The notes under the pieces: generated by a model | What the model was told of the DNA's origin: nothing | The model's database searches: none | What the model saw: only the letters and a program-made list of their open reading frames with translations | Program-made: the position numbers and the translations under genes | NCBI RefSeq assembly: GCF_004010195.1 | Contig: NC_057757.1 | Span: 3,688,149 to 3,752,148 of the forward strand | Source of the DNA: Chiloscyllium plagiosum | Lineage: Eukaryota | Direction: 5' to 3' | Length of the DNA: 64,000 bases | Shown here: in pieces, positions 1 through 11,036 of the stretch | Layout of the letters: each line of letters begins with the position of its first letter | How positions within the stretch are numbered: the first letter of the stretch is position 1

Positions 1-357
1 TTAAAGGATTGGACATTCTGGAGGCAGGAAACATGTTTCCGCTGATGGGTGAGTACCGAACCTGAGGACACAGCTTAAAAATACGGGGTAGGCCATTTAG
101 GACAGAGATGAGGAGAAACTTCTTCACCCAGAGAGTGGTGGCTGTGTGGAATGCTCTGCCCCAGAGGGCAGTGGAGGCCCAGTCTCTGGATTCGTTTAAG
201 AAAGAGTTGGATAGAGCTCTTAAGGCTAGTGGAATCAAGGGTTATGGAGATAAGGCAGGAACAGGATAATGATTAAGGATGATCAGCCATGATCATATTG
301 AATGGTGGTGCAGGCTCGAAGGGCTGAATGGTCTACTCCTGCACCTATTGTCTATTG
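1..357 (+). mobile_element. CR1/HER1 LINE 3' end
   Basis: End of ORF2 (NFFTQRVVAVWNALP) followed by a typical 3' UTR ending cctattgtctattg. Confidence 0.8.
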
Positions 358-577
358 ATTGGAGGGAAACTTGGCAAAAGGATTCAGAAACTGGCTTAGC
401 AATTGATTAGATTACTTACAGTGTGGAAACAGGCCTTTTGGCCCAACAAGTCCACAAGGGTTATGGAGATAAGGCAGGAACAGGATACTGATTGAGGATG
501 ATCAGCCATGATCATATTGAATGGTGGTGCAGGTTCAAATGGCAGAATGGTCTACTCCTGCACCTATTGTCTATTGA

Positions 578-1890
578 TTGGAGGGAAACTTGGCAAATGG
601 ATTCAGAAACTGGCTTAGCAATTGGACACAAAGGATAATGGTAGAAGGCTGTTTGAGTGACTGGAGGCCAGTGTCCAGCGGTGTTCCACAAGGATCAAGA
701 CTGAGACTCTTATTGTCTTACAGAAATGGTATAGCTGAAAATGTGGGAAGAATGTTGGGCAAATTTGCAGACAACACCAAGCTTGGTAGAGTGGTTAGCA
801 GCAAAGAAAATGGTTGTGGATTACAGGAAGATATGAATGGGTTGGTCAGGTGGGCAGACAAGTGTCAGATTGCATTTAGAACAAGAACAAGTGGACGAGT
901 GGAATGCCTCAGGGGTCGGTGCTGGGCCCCTTACTGTTTGTTATTGATATCAATGATTTGGATGAGAGTGTACAAGGCATGATTCGTAACTTTGCTGATG
1001 ACGGAAAAACAGGCAGTATCGTGGACAGCAAGGAAAGTTGTCAGAAATTGCAGCAGGACCTTTATCAGCTGGGGAAGAGAAATGGCAAATGGAGTTTAAT
1101 ATAGATAAGTGTAATGTCTTACATTTTGGAAAAGCAAATTAAGGTTGGAATTTTATGGTGAATGGTTGGGCCTTAAGGACAGTAATGGAGCAGAGGGATC
1201 TTGGAGATCAGGTTCACAGTTCTCTGAAAAGGGAGTCACAGGTAGACAGGGCACTGAAGAAGGCTTTTGGCACATTGATCTTCATCAGTTAGGGAACTGA
1301 GTACAGAATTTGGAAAGTTTTGTTGCAGTTGTACAGGACATTTTTGAGGCCACACTTGAATTGTGCTCAGTTTTGGTCACCTTGCTACGGAAAGAATGTT
1401 ATTAAACTGGAAAGAGTGCAAAAGATATTTACAGTGATGTTGCCTGCACTCAATGGTCTGAGTTATAGGGAGAGGTTGGACAAGGTATGACTTATCTCTT
1501 AAGAGAGTAGGAGATGAAGGGGGGACCTTATAGAAGTGTATAACACCATGAGAGGCATGCACAGGGTGAATGTACTCACTCCTTTCTCCAGTGTTGGAGA
1601 ATCGAGGACGAGAGGCCATCAGTTTAATGTTAGAGAGGAAAGAATAAAAGGGAAACTATGGGGCAACATCCTACTCAGAGGGTGGTACGCATATGGAATG
1701 AGTTTCAAGTGGAAGTGGTTGAGGTGGGTATATTAACATTATTTTATAGGCATTTGGACATGGTGAGGAAATGATTAGAAGGATATAGGCCAAGTGTAGG
1801 GAAATGAGGGGACCCTGGATGGAAATTTTGGTTGGTCTAGACCTGTTTGGACCAAAGGCTCTGTCAAAGGATTCTAAGACTCTACGACTC
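578..1890 (+). mobile_element. Decayed CR1 RT fragments, at least two joined pieces
   Basis: ORF track shows [17 protein letters not shown] and KFAD/NFADD motifs broken by frameshifts. Confidence 0.8.
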
Positions 1891-1899
1891 TCACAAAGA

Positions 1900-2550
1900 G
1901 CAAATAGCAATACAGCACAGGAACAGGCCCTTTGGCCCACCACACATCTTGTCCCTCCAAACTAAAACTGTGTTCACTTACAGAATCCAGACCTCTCTAT
2001 TCCCTTCCTATTCATATAAAGGTCCTTCCTGAATGCTGCTATTGTGTCTGCTTCCACCACCTCCTCTGGCAGCGTGTCCAAGCATTCGCCATGCTTTGTG
2101 TGAAAAACTTGCCACCTCTTTTAAACATGCCCCCGGCACCTTGACTCCGTGTCCCCCAGTGATAGGTCACTCCACTCTGGGAAAATTCCTCAAACTTTCC
2201 CCTTGAACCATTCATAATCTGATTAAACAACTCAAACTTTCTTCATAGCTAAAATCCGCCATGCTCGGCAACATCCTGGTAAACCTTTTCTGTACCGTCT
2301 CCAAAGCATCCATATCCTTCTGGTCACATGGTGACAAGAACTGTATGCAATATTCCAAGTGTGGCCTACCTAAAGTTCTAGAAACCTGCAGCATAACCTG
2401 TCTATTCTTATACTCAATGCCCCTTCCAATGAAGGCAAACATGCCATAGGCCTTTTTTTTATTACCTTTTCTCCCTGCGCTGCCACCTTCAGTGATCTGT
2501 GGACCTGCACACCCAAATCCCTCTGCATATCATTGCATTCCCAGATCCCT
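1900..2550 (-). mobile_element. CR1 3' fragment
   Basis: RPHLEYCIQF..KRFTRMLP and FFTQSMANAW in minus-strand ORFs. Confidence 0.75.
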
Positions 2551-3163
2551 CTGCAGAGCAAATGAAATCCTGATAAGTGCGAGGTGATGCACTTGGAAGA
2601 ATAAACACGATGAGGGAGTATTTAATGAATGGTGGGATACTGTAGCTTAGAGGAACAGAGGGATGTTGGGTCTATTATTCACACTGGTTAAAGCAGAATA
2701 TATCAATATGAGAGTTAAGAAGGAATATGGGACACTTGCTTTCATCACTAATGGCATAGAACAGAACAGCACGGAGGTAATGTTGGAGCTGTACAGAGCT
2801 TTGGTTCGGCCACGGCTGGGGTACAGTGTGCAGTTCTGGTCACCTCATTACAGGAAGGATGTGATAGCACTCGAGGCGGTACAGAAGAGGTTCACCAGGA
2901 ACTTGCCTGCGATGGGGAGAAATTAAGCTCCAAATAGAGACTAGATAGCCTCGAGCTGTTTTCTTCAGAGCAGCAGAGATGACACCAAGATTGTTAGGGT
3001 GATTTATAGCGAAGAAGCTGGTTGTAGGTTACAGAAAGATATAGATGGGTTTGTCAGACCAGTGGCAGATTGTATTTAGCCCTGATAATTAAGAATTGAA
3101 ACACTTTGGAAGAAGAAACAAGATGAGGAGTATTTAATGAATGCAGGACTCTGGATATCTTAG

Positions 3164-4284
3164 TGGTTGCGGACTCAGCCCCACTCTCTGCAACTGGATC
3201 CTCAGTTTCCTGACCCACAGGCCACAAACAGTGAAGATCGGGGACAATATTTCATCCTCACTAACACTCAACACTGGAGCCCCCCAGGGTACGTACTCAG
3301 CCCCCTACTGTACTCACTGTACACCCATGTCCGCGTCGCCAAATACCAGACGATTGCCATTTACAAGTTCGCTGATGACACCACCATAGTCAGTCGAATC
3401 TCAGATGGCGACAAAACAGACTATAGATGGGAGGTGGAAGATCTGGAAAAATGGTGCACTGAGAACAACCCAGCTCTCAATGATGGCAAAACCAAGGAAC
3501 TCATTATTGACTTTCGGCGGGATGTTACTGACGCCCCCTACACATTAACAGCACAGAGGTAGAATGAGTGGAGAGTGTCAAGCTCCTGGGAGTGGTCATC
3601 CACAACAAGCTTTCTTGGACTCTTCATGTGGACACATTGGTTACAAAGGCCCAATAACGTCTCTTCTTCTTCAGGCAGCTGAGGAAATTTGGCATGACGG
3701 CGAATACCCTTGCCAACCTTTATAGGTGCGCTATCGAAAGCATTCTGTCTGGATGCATCACTATTCCTCATGAAGGGCTTTTGCCCGAAACATCGATCTT
3801 CCTGCTCCTCGGATATTGCCTGACCTGCTGTGCTTTTCCAGCACCACTCTAATCTTAACTCACTACCTGGTATGGCAACTGTACCATTCAAGATCGGAGA
3901 CGGTTACAGAGAGTGGTGAACTCGGCCCGGACAATCACAAAGGCCAACATCCCATCTATGGAATCCATCTACCAGGCCCGTTGTCAAGGAAAGGCCGCCA
4001 GCATTCTCAAAGATCCATCCCACCCTGGCAATGGTTTTCTACAACCTCTACCATCGGGGAGAAGGTACAGAAGCCTGAACACACACACCAGCCGGTTTGG
4101 AAACAGTTTCTACCTTATTGTTGTTAGAATTCACCTGTATCTGTGTTTTTGTTTTTGCTGCTGTTTACCTGTTATTTACCTATCTATGCTACTTAAGTCT
4201 GTGATCTGCCTGTATTGGTTGTAAGACAAAGCTTTTCACTGTGCCTCGGTACACGTGACAATAAATTCAATTCAATTCAATTCA
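3164..4284 (+). mobile_element. Rex1/Babar-clade LINE, 5'-truncated, with (AATTC)n tail and 7-bp TSD
   Basis: [49 protein letters not shown] atcttag at 3157-3163 and 4285-4291. Confidence 0.8.
3764..3859 (+). mobile_element. Penelope-like terminal-repeat fragment inserted in the Rex1 element
   Basis: gaagggcttttgcccgaaac...ctgctgtgcttttccagcacc; flanked by tcacta at 3758-3763 and 3860-3865. Confidence 0.65.
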
Positions 4285-4669
4285 ATCTTAGAGGAACAGA
4301 GGGATCTTGGGGTAATTATTCACAGATCCCTGAAGTCAGCAGAGCAGGCGTATAGAATAGTTAAGAAAGCGCATGGGACACTTGCTTTCATCAGGCATGG
4401 AATAGAGCAAGGAAGTAATGTTGGAGTTGTACAGAGTGTGGGTCAGGCCACACCAGGAGTACTGTGTGCAGTTCTGGTCACCCCATTACAGGAAGAATGT
4501 GATTGTACCAGATGGAGTACAGAGGAGGTTCAGCAGATTGCTGCCTGGGATGGAGAGATTGCACTGTAAGGAGAGACTAGATGGGCTTGAATTGTTTTCT
4601 GTCAAGCAGAGACAAGTCAGGAGGGATGTGACTGAGTTTTATAGGATTATGATGAGCTGGACAGGTTGA

Positions 4670-5630
4670 GTGACCACTTAGGCATTGTTGATCCAAACAA
4701 AGTTAATAGGTAGAGCTAGTGAGGTATTTGCATCTGTCTTGGAAGAGGTGTCTGGGCAATATGATAAGGAGAACAAAGCCATCTTAAGTGCACATGAGCG
4801 AGTACCAGTAACCGACAGTTATTTTTATAAGAATCTAAGGAGGGAACCTGGGCCAATGTACATAGAGTTTGAAAGGCTCAAGCAAAGTAATTTGAAAGCT
4901 GTTGATGTCATAGAAAATAGGACAAACATATGACGCTCTTAGAGAGACAATTATTTTGCGGGAATGCAAATATTCACTTCCTGAAATAGTGAGAACTGAT
5001 GTGGAAGATCAGAGAGTTAAAACTACAAGATTAGCAGCAGAAATGGCAGGTGATAATTAATCGGTTCATAGATCAAAGTTTGGCTTCTGACATCAATTTC
5101 GAACTGTGAGGGAGAGAAATTGAAGAAAAGAGAAATCCTTAGGTGATAAGGGAAAAGGAGATCTCATCGAAAATAATAAAAATAGTTTACCACAGGGTAA
5201 AAAGGAAACCCATGAGGGAGAAAGAGAAATAAAATAGCTCAGGTGTTTTAATGTAATGAGGTTTCCCAAATGATGTCAGAGTTTTAGTGATTTTAAAAAT
5301 ACCCTGGGAAGATGGATGTTGGAAAACAGGGTAAGCGAGTGAGTTTTGTTGAAATGGTAAAGGAAAACACAGTGGAAACTAAAAACCTGCACCAGAGTTT
5401 GGTTGAGAAGATATTGCCAAATCTCTTTAAAGAATTTACTCGCTTGAGTAAGGTTTACTTACGTATACCAGGAAAAGAAATGTGGAATTCTTGGTGAGAG
5501 GAGCATTGATCGATTATGTTAAGTGTGACTGGGGAGTCCAATGAAAATTGGTGAAGTGCTGGTAGGAGTAATAGAGACATTCTCAGTTTCAGAAATACAG
5601 TTTATCCTTGGGAGTGACATAGCTGTAGAT
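4670..5630 (+). mobile_element. Degenerate Gypsy (Gmr1-like) LTR retrotransposon gag remnant
   Basis: LLIQTKLIGRASEVFASV..AILSAHE.VP..NLRREPG..YIEFERLKQ resembles a Gmr1-type capsid; eroded zinc-knuckle-like sequence near 5238-5290; many stops. Confidence 0.6.
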
Positions 5631-6121
5631 ATCACTTTACCTGTAATAATCAGGTTTAAAGACCATTACAAAATCAGGCAAGTGAGGTGCTATAGGAATT
5701 TTTCATGACTGTATGGTAACAAGGTCACAAAGCTCCAGGTGGAAACAGGAGGATGATCATTGCACCCAGCTGAGGGATGGGGAAAGTGAGATTGTATCTC
5801 TGTGATTGAGGTTATTTCATCACCCAGCAGGGGGTGGTGAAGACTAAATTGTGTGTGCGTGTGTGTGTACGCCAAGCAGTCTCTGGTTGCAGTTTGTAAA
5901 TCAGAACAGAATGCAGGACAACATAAAGGAGTTGTTTCTAAGGGCTAGATTTTTAAAATTATGCTCTTGAATGAGATTGCATTCATGAGTATGAGCCTTA
6001 TTAAGTCAGACATATATAGAGTCATAGAGATGTACAGCATTGAAACAGACCCGTCAGTTCAGTATTATTTGTACAACACAGTCCTCATTCAAGTTCCAGC
6101 TGGAAGATTACAGGTTGAAGT

Positions 6122-7056
6122 TTAATTCATGTAATGTTTATTACGTCGAAATTTTAAAATCTTCACAAGGAAATTGATGGAAAATTTAACGCCACTCTTT
6201 AACTCATTTCTGAACTTACTCTGGGTCCCTGCATAAATAAATGGGTTTATACAGGAACTCAACATCTGAAGCATATACCCACTTTCTTCCAGGTTAAAAT
6301 TGGACTCATTGTAATTGGAACCCGAGAAATAATTCACTTTTGCAATTTGGACGTAGAGAAATGTTAACAGAATCGGCAGCCAAAGCAGGAGGAAACTGCC
6401 TGAGATACAGAAGAGCAGGATGATGGACTTTACCCGGTTCCTCACCTCTGTGTCAGTCTGATTTTCCTCCTGTTTGCTGACACAGAGTCTTTTGCGACTT
6501 TGAACGGCCTTTAGAATTTGTCTTACAGTCGCGGCATTGAGCAGTAAGATCAAAACGAATGGGAGACAAGGGGTTGAAATGCGATCAATCCAATCAAATG
6601 CAGCCCATGCAGGTGAGGTATAAAATATGGACTTAATTTTGCAATGCCATGGTATATTACCAACTGTATATAATGGTTCATATATGAAATACCAGAATGT
6701 ATTTTTGAAGTAGCTTACGCCACAAACTGCCCCTATAATCACAGCTGCTGTCTTCTCTGTGCAATATCTGGTCTTCAATTTCTGGCAAGAAATGGCTACA
6801 AACCGATCAAGAGTGAATACAACTGTTGCCCAGACAGAACAGTCTCTGCTTCCCGCCATTAGCACAAAATTGGCACTACAGACTGGGGTAACATACAGGA
6901 CGCTGAATGAGAAATAAATTCCAACAATACGGTTCAATATTACAGCTGTAATAATGACCAGCAGGTCTGTCACTGCCATGGATACGAGGTAGTAAGTGAT
7001 GCACCTGGAGAGACTGCATCTTCCTCTGGGTAGGATCACAATCACTGCCAGGTTAG
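6122..7056 (-). CDS. GPR139-like orphan class A GPCR, main coding exon (short first exon not found)
   Basis: Open ORF with TM helices, DLL in TM2, DRF motif and NPFIY; acceptor ttttttaattgcag at 7057-7070 (phase 1); stop TAA at 6122-6124. Confidence 0.85.
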
Positions 7057-8466
7057 CTGCAATTAAAAAAAAAGGCACAATCTAGAGGATGAAGGAAATG
7101 GAATAGTGAGAGAGACCGAGTGTGAGCAGAACCATAAGTCTTGACTCCTCAAATAATGTTTTTTTTTCCAGAATTGTGAGAGAAATTTTCAGATTTGGTA
7201 CTTGATTCTGAAATCAATTCTGTATTGTATCAACAGTAATTTTTCATTTATACCAATCAACCAGACAAATATAGGACAGAGTATAGATATCAAAATGCGA
7301 AATAATATGTAATAGTAATAATGTATTATTCATATTAAATGTGAAGATTATAGATAAGAAATTAAAAGCATTGCAGGATTTAAATAAAAACAATTGTTAA
7401 ATAACATTAAATCAGAAACTAAAATGCAGTAGCCAGCATTTAAAATCTAAAATTGAGAGCAGGAACAATTCAGAGCTTTGCCTCATAATGATCTCAGCAA
7501 TGCTCACTGAGCAAGCATTAGTCACAGGTCATTTTGATGATCAAGCTGACACTGATCCATGAAAGGAGTTAGAAATTGAGGATGGAAAAATGGCATTTAG
7601 TGGTACAGAGAGAGAAAAAAAATGTATGAATAAAGTGGCCTGACACATTTTCACCACATCCACACACCTTTATTTTACCAAATTGTCACAAAAGAGCATT
7701 ACTTCAAAGTTTTGCATTGTTACTTTCTGCCAAGAAATTTCAATTCCCTGAATATTATGACTTCATACAGGCAATATTAAATAAGTAGAGAGAGAACTAG
7801 TGAACATAATGTCAAGATAGAGCTACCACATGATTGCAGCAAACTCATGATCAATACGATCATTAAATTCAATACCTTTCCACTCTAATCCAGGATGTAA
7901 ACCTGTCACAAAACGCTGGAGGTTTAGAAATATTCTGAGGACATTTCTCTTTCACCCTGATGGTGGTGAGGTCGAGAATGTACTGTCTGGGAGCGTAGTC
8001 AAGATGGGACACCTTACACCAATCAAACAGAGGATGTGGATGAGCCCTAGAGATGTCATAACATTCAAGCCTATGGGCTTGAAAGTGGGACTCGTGCAGA
8101 TTTAGACTAAGTTGTGTTCATTTAGACTTGATGGGTCTCTTCTACATTATATGGTTCTATGGTTACACTCCTGCGACCCAAATAATGAAGTTGGACACTA
8201 GAAGTTAATATTCACTACACTTTAACTTATATTTCAGAGTGAAACATTACATTTGGATAGCTCCTAACTCTGCTCCATGCCAATGTCAACACCTTTTCCT
8301 TCACAATCAGCTTGAACCAACCTGTTGGCATGAGACACCTGCAGGGGAGCCGGGACTTGAGCTTCTGGCTTGAGATTGTGGCGTTGTATAACATGATCCT
8401 TTGTTATAACAACGAGGGCGGCAGACCAACTCACAATTGTATCAGTCACCACATTAGGAAGAAATT

Positions 8467-8538
8467 GGGTTCCATCACAATTCGGATCTAAACAATTGGA
8501 TTCAGAGTCTCTAGTGCTCACCATGACACTACAGAACA
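8467..8538 (-). pseudogene. Degenerate tRNA-Gln(CTG) pseudogene
   Basis: Minus strand tgttctgtagtgtcatggtgagcactagagactctgaatccaattgtttagatccgaattgtgatggaaccc aligns by eye with vertebrate tRNA-Gln-CTG; anticodon loop kept, T-loop/B-box destroyed. Confidence 0.7.
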
Positions 8539-9249
8539 TACTGCTTACAGTTTAGCAAGATTGCAAACCAGAGATCTTCGCATGTCAAGCAAACTCCTGA
8601 ACTTCATTGNNNNNNNNNNNNNNNNNNNNNNNNNNNNNNNNNNNNNNNNNNNNNNNNNNNNNNNNNNNNNNNNNNNNNNNNNNNNNNNNNNNNNNNNNNN
8701 NNNNNNNNNNNNNNNNNNNNNNNNNNNNNNNNNNNNNNNNNNNNNNNNNNNNNNNNNNNNNNNNNNNNNNNNNNNNNNNNNNNNNNNNNNNNNNNNNNNN
8801 NNNNNNNNNNNNNNNNNNNNNNNNNNNNNNNNNNNNNNNNNNNNNNNNNNNNNNNNNNNNNNNNNNNNNNNNNNNNNNNNNNNNNNNNNNNNNNNNNNNN
8901 NNNNNNNNNNNNNNNNNNNNNNNNNNNNNNNNNNNNNNNNNNNNNNNNNNNNNNNNNNNNNNNNNNNNNNNNNNNNNNNNNNNNNNNNNNNNNNNNNNNN
9001 NNNNNNNNNNNNNNNNNNNNNNNNNNNNNNNNNNNNNNNNNNNNNNNNNNNNNNNNNNNNNNNNNNNNNNNNNNNNNNNNNNNNNNNNNNNNNNNNNNNN
9101 NNNNNNNNNCCTTCTTCAAAATTATTTCAAAATTAATCTCATGTAAGTAAACGAGTACAACCAGACAAGTCTACCCAATGCCAGGTATCTCATTGAAACT
9201 GCATTGTACCCTCTCTGTAAAAACAATCCTAAAACATTGTGGATGTCAG

Positions 9250-9720
9250 AAACAAAAACAGAAATTGCTGGAGAAAATCAGCAGGGTCTGGTAGCATCTG
9301 TGGAGAGAGAAAGAGAGACAGAGAGAGAGAAACAGAATCAACATTTCAGGTCCTGGTGAGCCTTCCTTGGAACTGATTGCATCTGAGATTCATGTTGCAT
9401 ACCACTTTAACACACATCCCCGTGTCCCTGGCCCACATCTCTGCCTCAGGCTTCCTGCAGTGAAACTCAGCCAGCTGGAAGAACACCTCATTTTCCGCTT
9501 GGTGGACCCTGCAGCTTTCAGGATTCAATGTCAACTTCAATAATTTCAAGGTCTGTGCACCTTTTCTGATGCCCTTGTGCCAACCTTCGCACACCAGGCC
9601 TTGTCATCATAAGGACTACTACCACATACAATCCCATTGTCAGCCACTAAAGGTCTCCATTAGCAGCTACTGACTCTCCCAGGCTGACCATTATTTACTC
9701 CTTTGTCTGTCCAATTGTTT

Positions 9721-9752
<32 letters not shown>

Positions 9753-9815
9753 TCTCTCTATGGGCTCCACCTCCACCAATCATGTTTTCCTCCCCCCACC
9801 CTATCTTAAGTGTAT
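9250..9815. mobile_element. Penelope-like 3' end with inverted terminal piece
   Basis: Frameshifted LEEHLIFRL..GFNVNF (GIY-YIG C-terminus) near 9476-9548, preceded by an inverted terminal-repeat fragment. Confidence 0.55.
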
Positions 9816-9904
9816 ATACAAAGAACAAGGAACAATACAGCACTGGAAGAGGTCCGACTCATCCATGCCAACCACATCTCCTGAATTAATCTAGCCTCAT
9901 TTAG

Positions 9905-10700
9905 ACTTATAGAGATGTACGGCACGGAAACAGACCCTTCGGTCTGACTCGTCCATGCTGATCAGATATCCTCATTTACTCTAGCCCTATTTGCCAGCAC
10001 TTGGCCCATATCCACCTAAACCCTTCCTATTCATATACCCATCCAAATGCCTCTTCAATGTTGCAATTGTACCAGCCTCCACCACTTCCTCTGGCAGCTC
10101 ATTTCATACACGTACCACCCTGTGTGAAAATGTTGTCCCTTAGGTCCTTTTTAAATCTTTCCCCTCTCACCTTAAACCTATGTCCTCTAGTTTTGAACTC
10201 ACCGATGCTTGGGGAAAAAGACTTTGTCTATTTACCCTATCCATGCCCCTCATGATTTTCTAAACCTCTATAAAGCCTTCAGCCTCCGACACTCCACGGA
10301 AAACAGCCCCAGCCTATTCAATCTCACTCTACAGCTCAAATCCTCCAACATTGACAACATCCTTGTTGATCTTTTCTGCACCCTTTCAAATTAAACAACT
10401 TTCCAATAGCAGGGAGACCAGAATTGAATGCAATATTCCAAAAGTGGCTTCAGCGAATGTCCTGTACAGCCACAACAAGACCTCCGAACTCCTGTACTCA
10501 ATACTCTGACCAATAAAGGAAAGCATACCAAACGCCTTCTTTACTATCCTATCTACCCACGACTCCACTTTCAAGGAGCTATGAACCTGCACTCCAAGGT
10601 CTCTTTGTTCAGCAACACTCCCTCGGACCTGACCACTAAGTGTATAAGTCCTGTTCTGATTTGCCTACCCAAAATACAGCACCTTGCATTTATCTAAATT
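9905..10700 (-). mobile_element. CR1 3' fragment
   Basis: VKKAFGMLSFIGQSIEYRS motif plus 3' UTR. Confidence 0.8.
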
Positions 10701-11036
10701 AAACATCGTCTTCCACTCCTCGACTCATCTGACTTTTTCTGTGACACTTTGTCCGAAAATATTCTCCAGTGTTGTAGAGATATTCCAGTCGTGGGTTTGT
10801 AACATCCAGATGTAATTCCAGCTGGAATACTTCCCTTACCTCGCTCATATTCTTACGATGAATCCCAAAAATCTCAAAATTCAAGAGATTCTCCTTCTAC
10901 CGAAACAGTCGTGCCCTCTGAGAATCCTCAACATACTGCTGACCCTACTGGCAGCACTACTCTGTGTTGCTTATGACATTTAAACAGAAATATGGGAGTG
11001 ATCGATACCTCAGGCAAAAAGGAACTTCAGTGAATG

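Larger units (their letters stand above)
2555..4665 (+). mobile_element. CR1 fragments interrupted by a Rex1 insertion
   Basis: VRPRLGYSVQFWSPHYRKDV at 2663-2926 and a similar peptide at 4418-4669. Confidence 0.7.

Noticed and set aside
8561..9146. ORFs spanning N gaps (also 12217-12808 and 21351-22020)
   Set aside because: Artefacts of N runs
10699..10884. Donor-bearing segment as a possible GPCR first coding exon
   Set aside because: The peptide lacks the expected TM1-proximal YYP-type sequence; a UTR exon cannot be excluded
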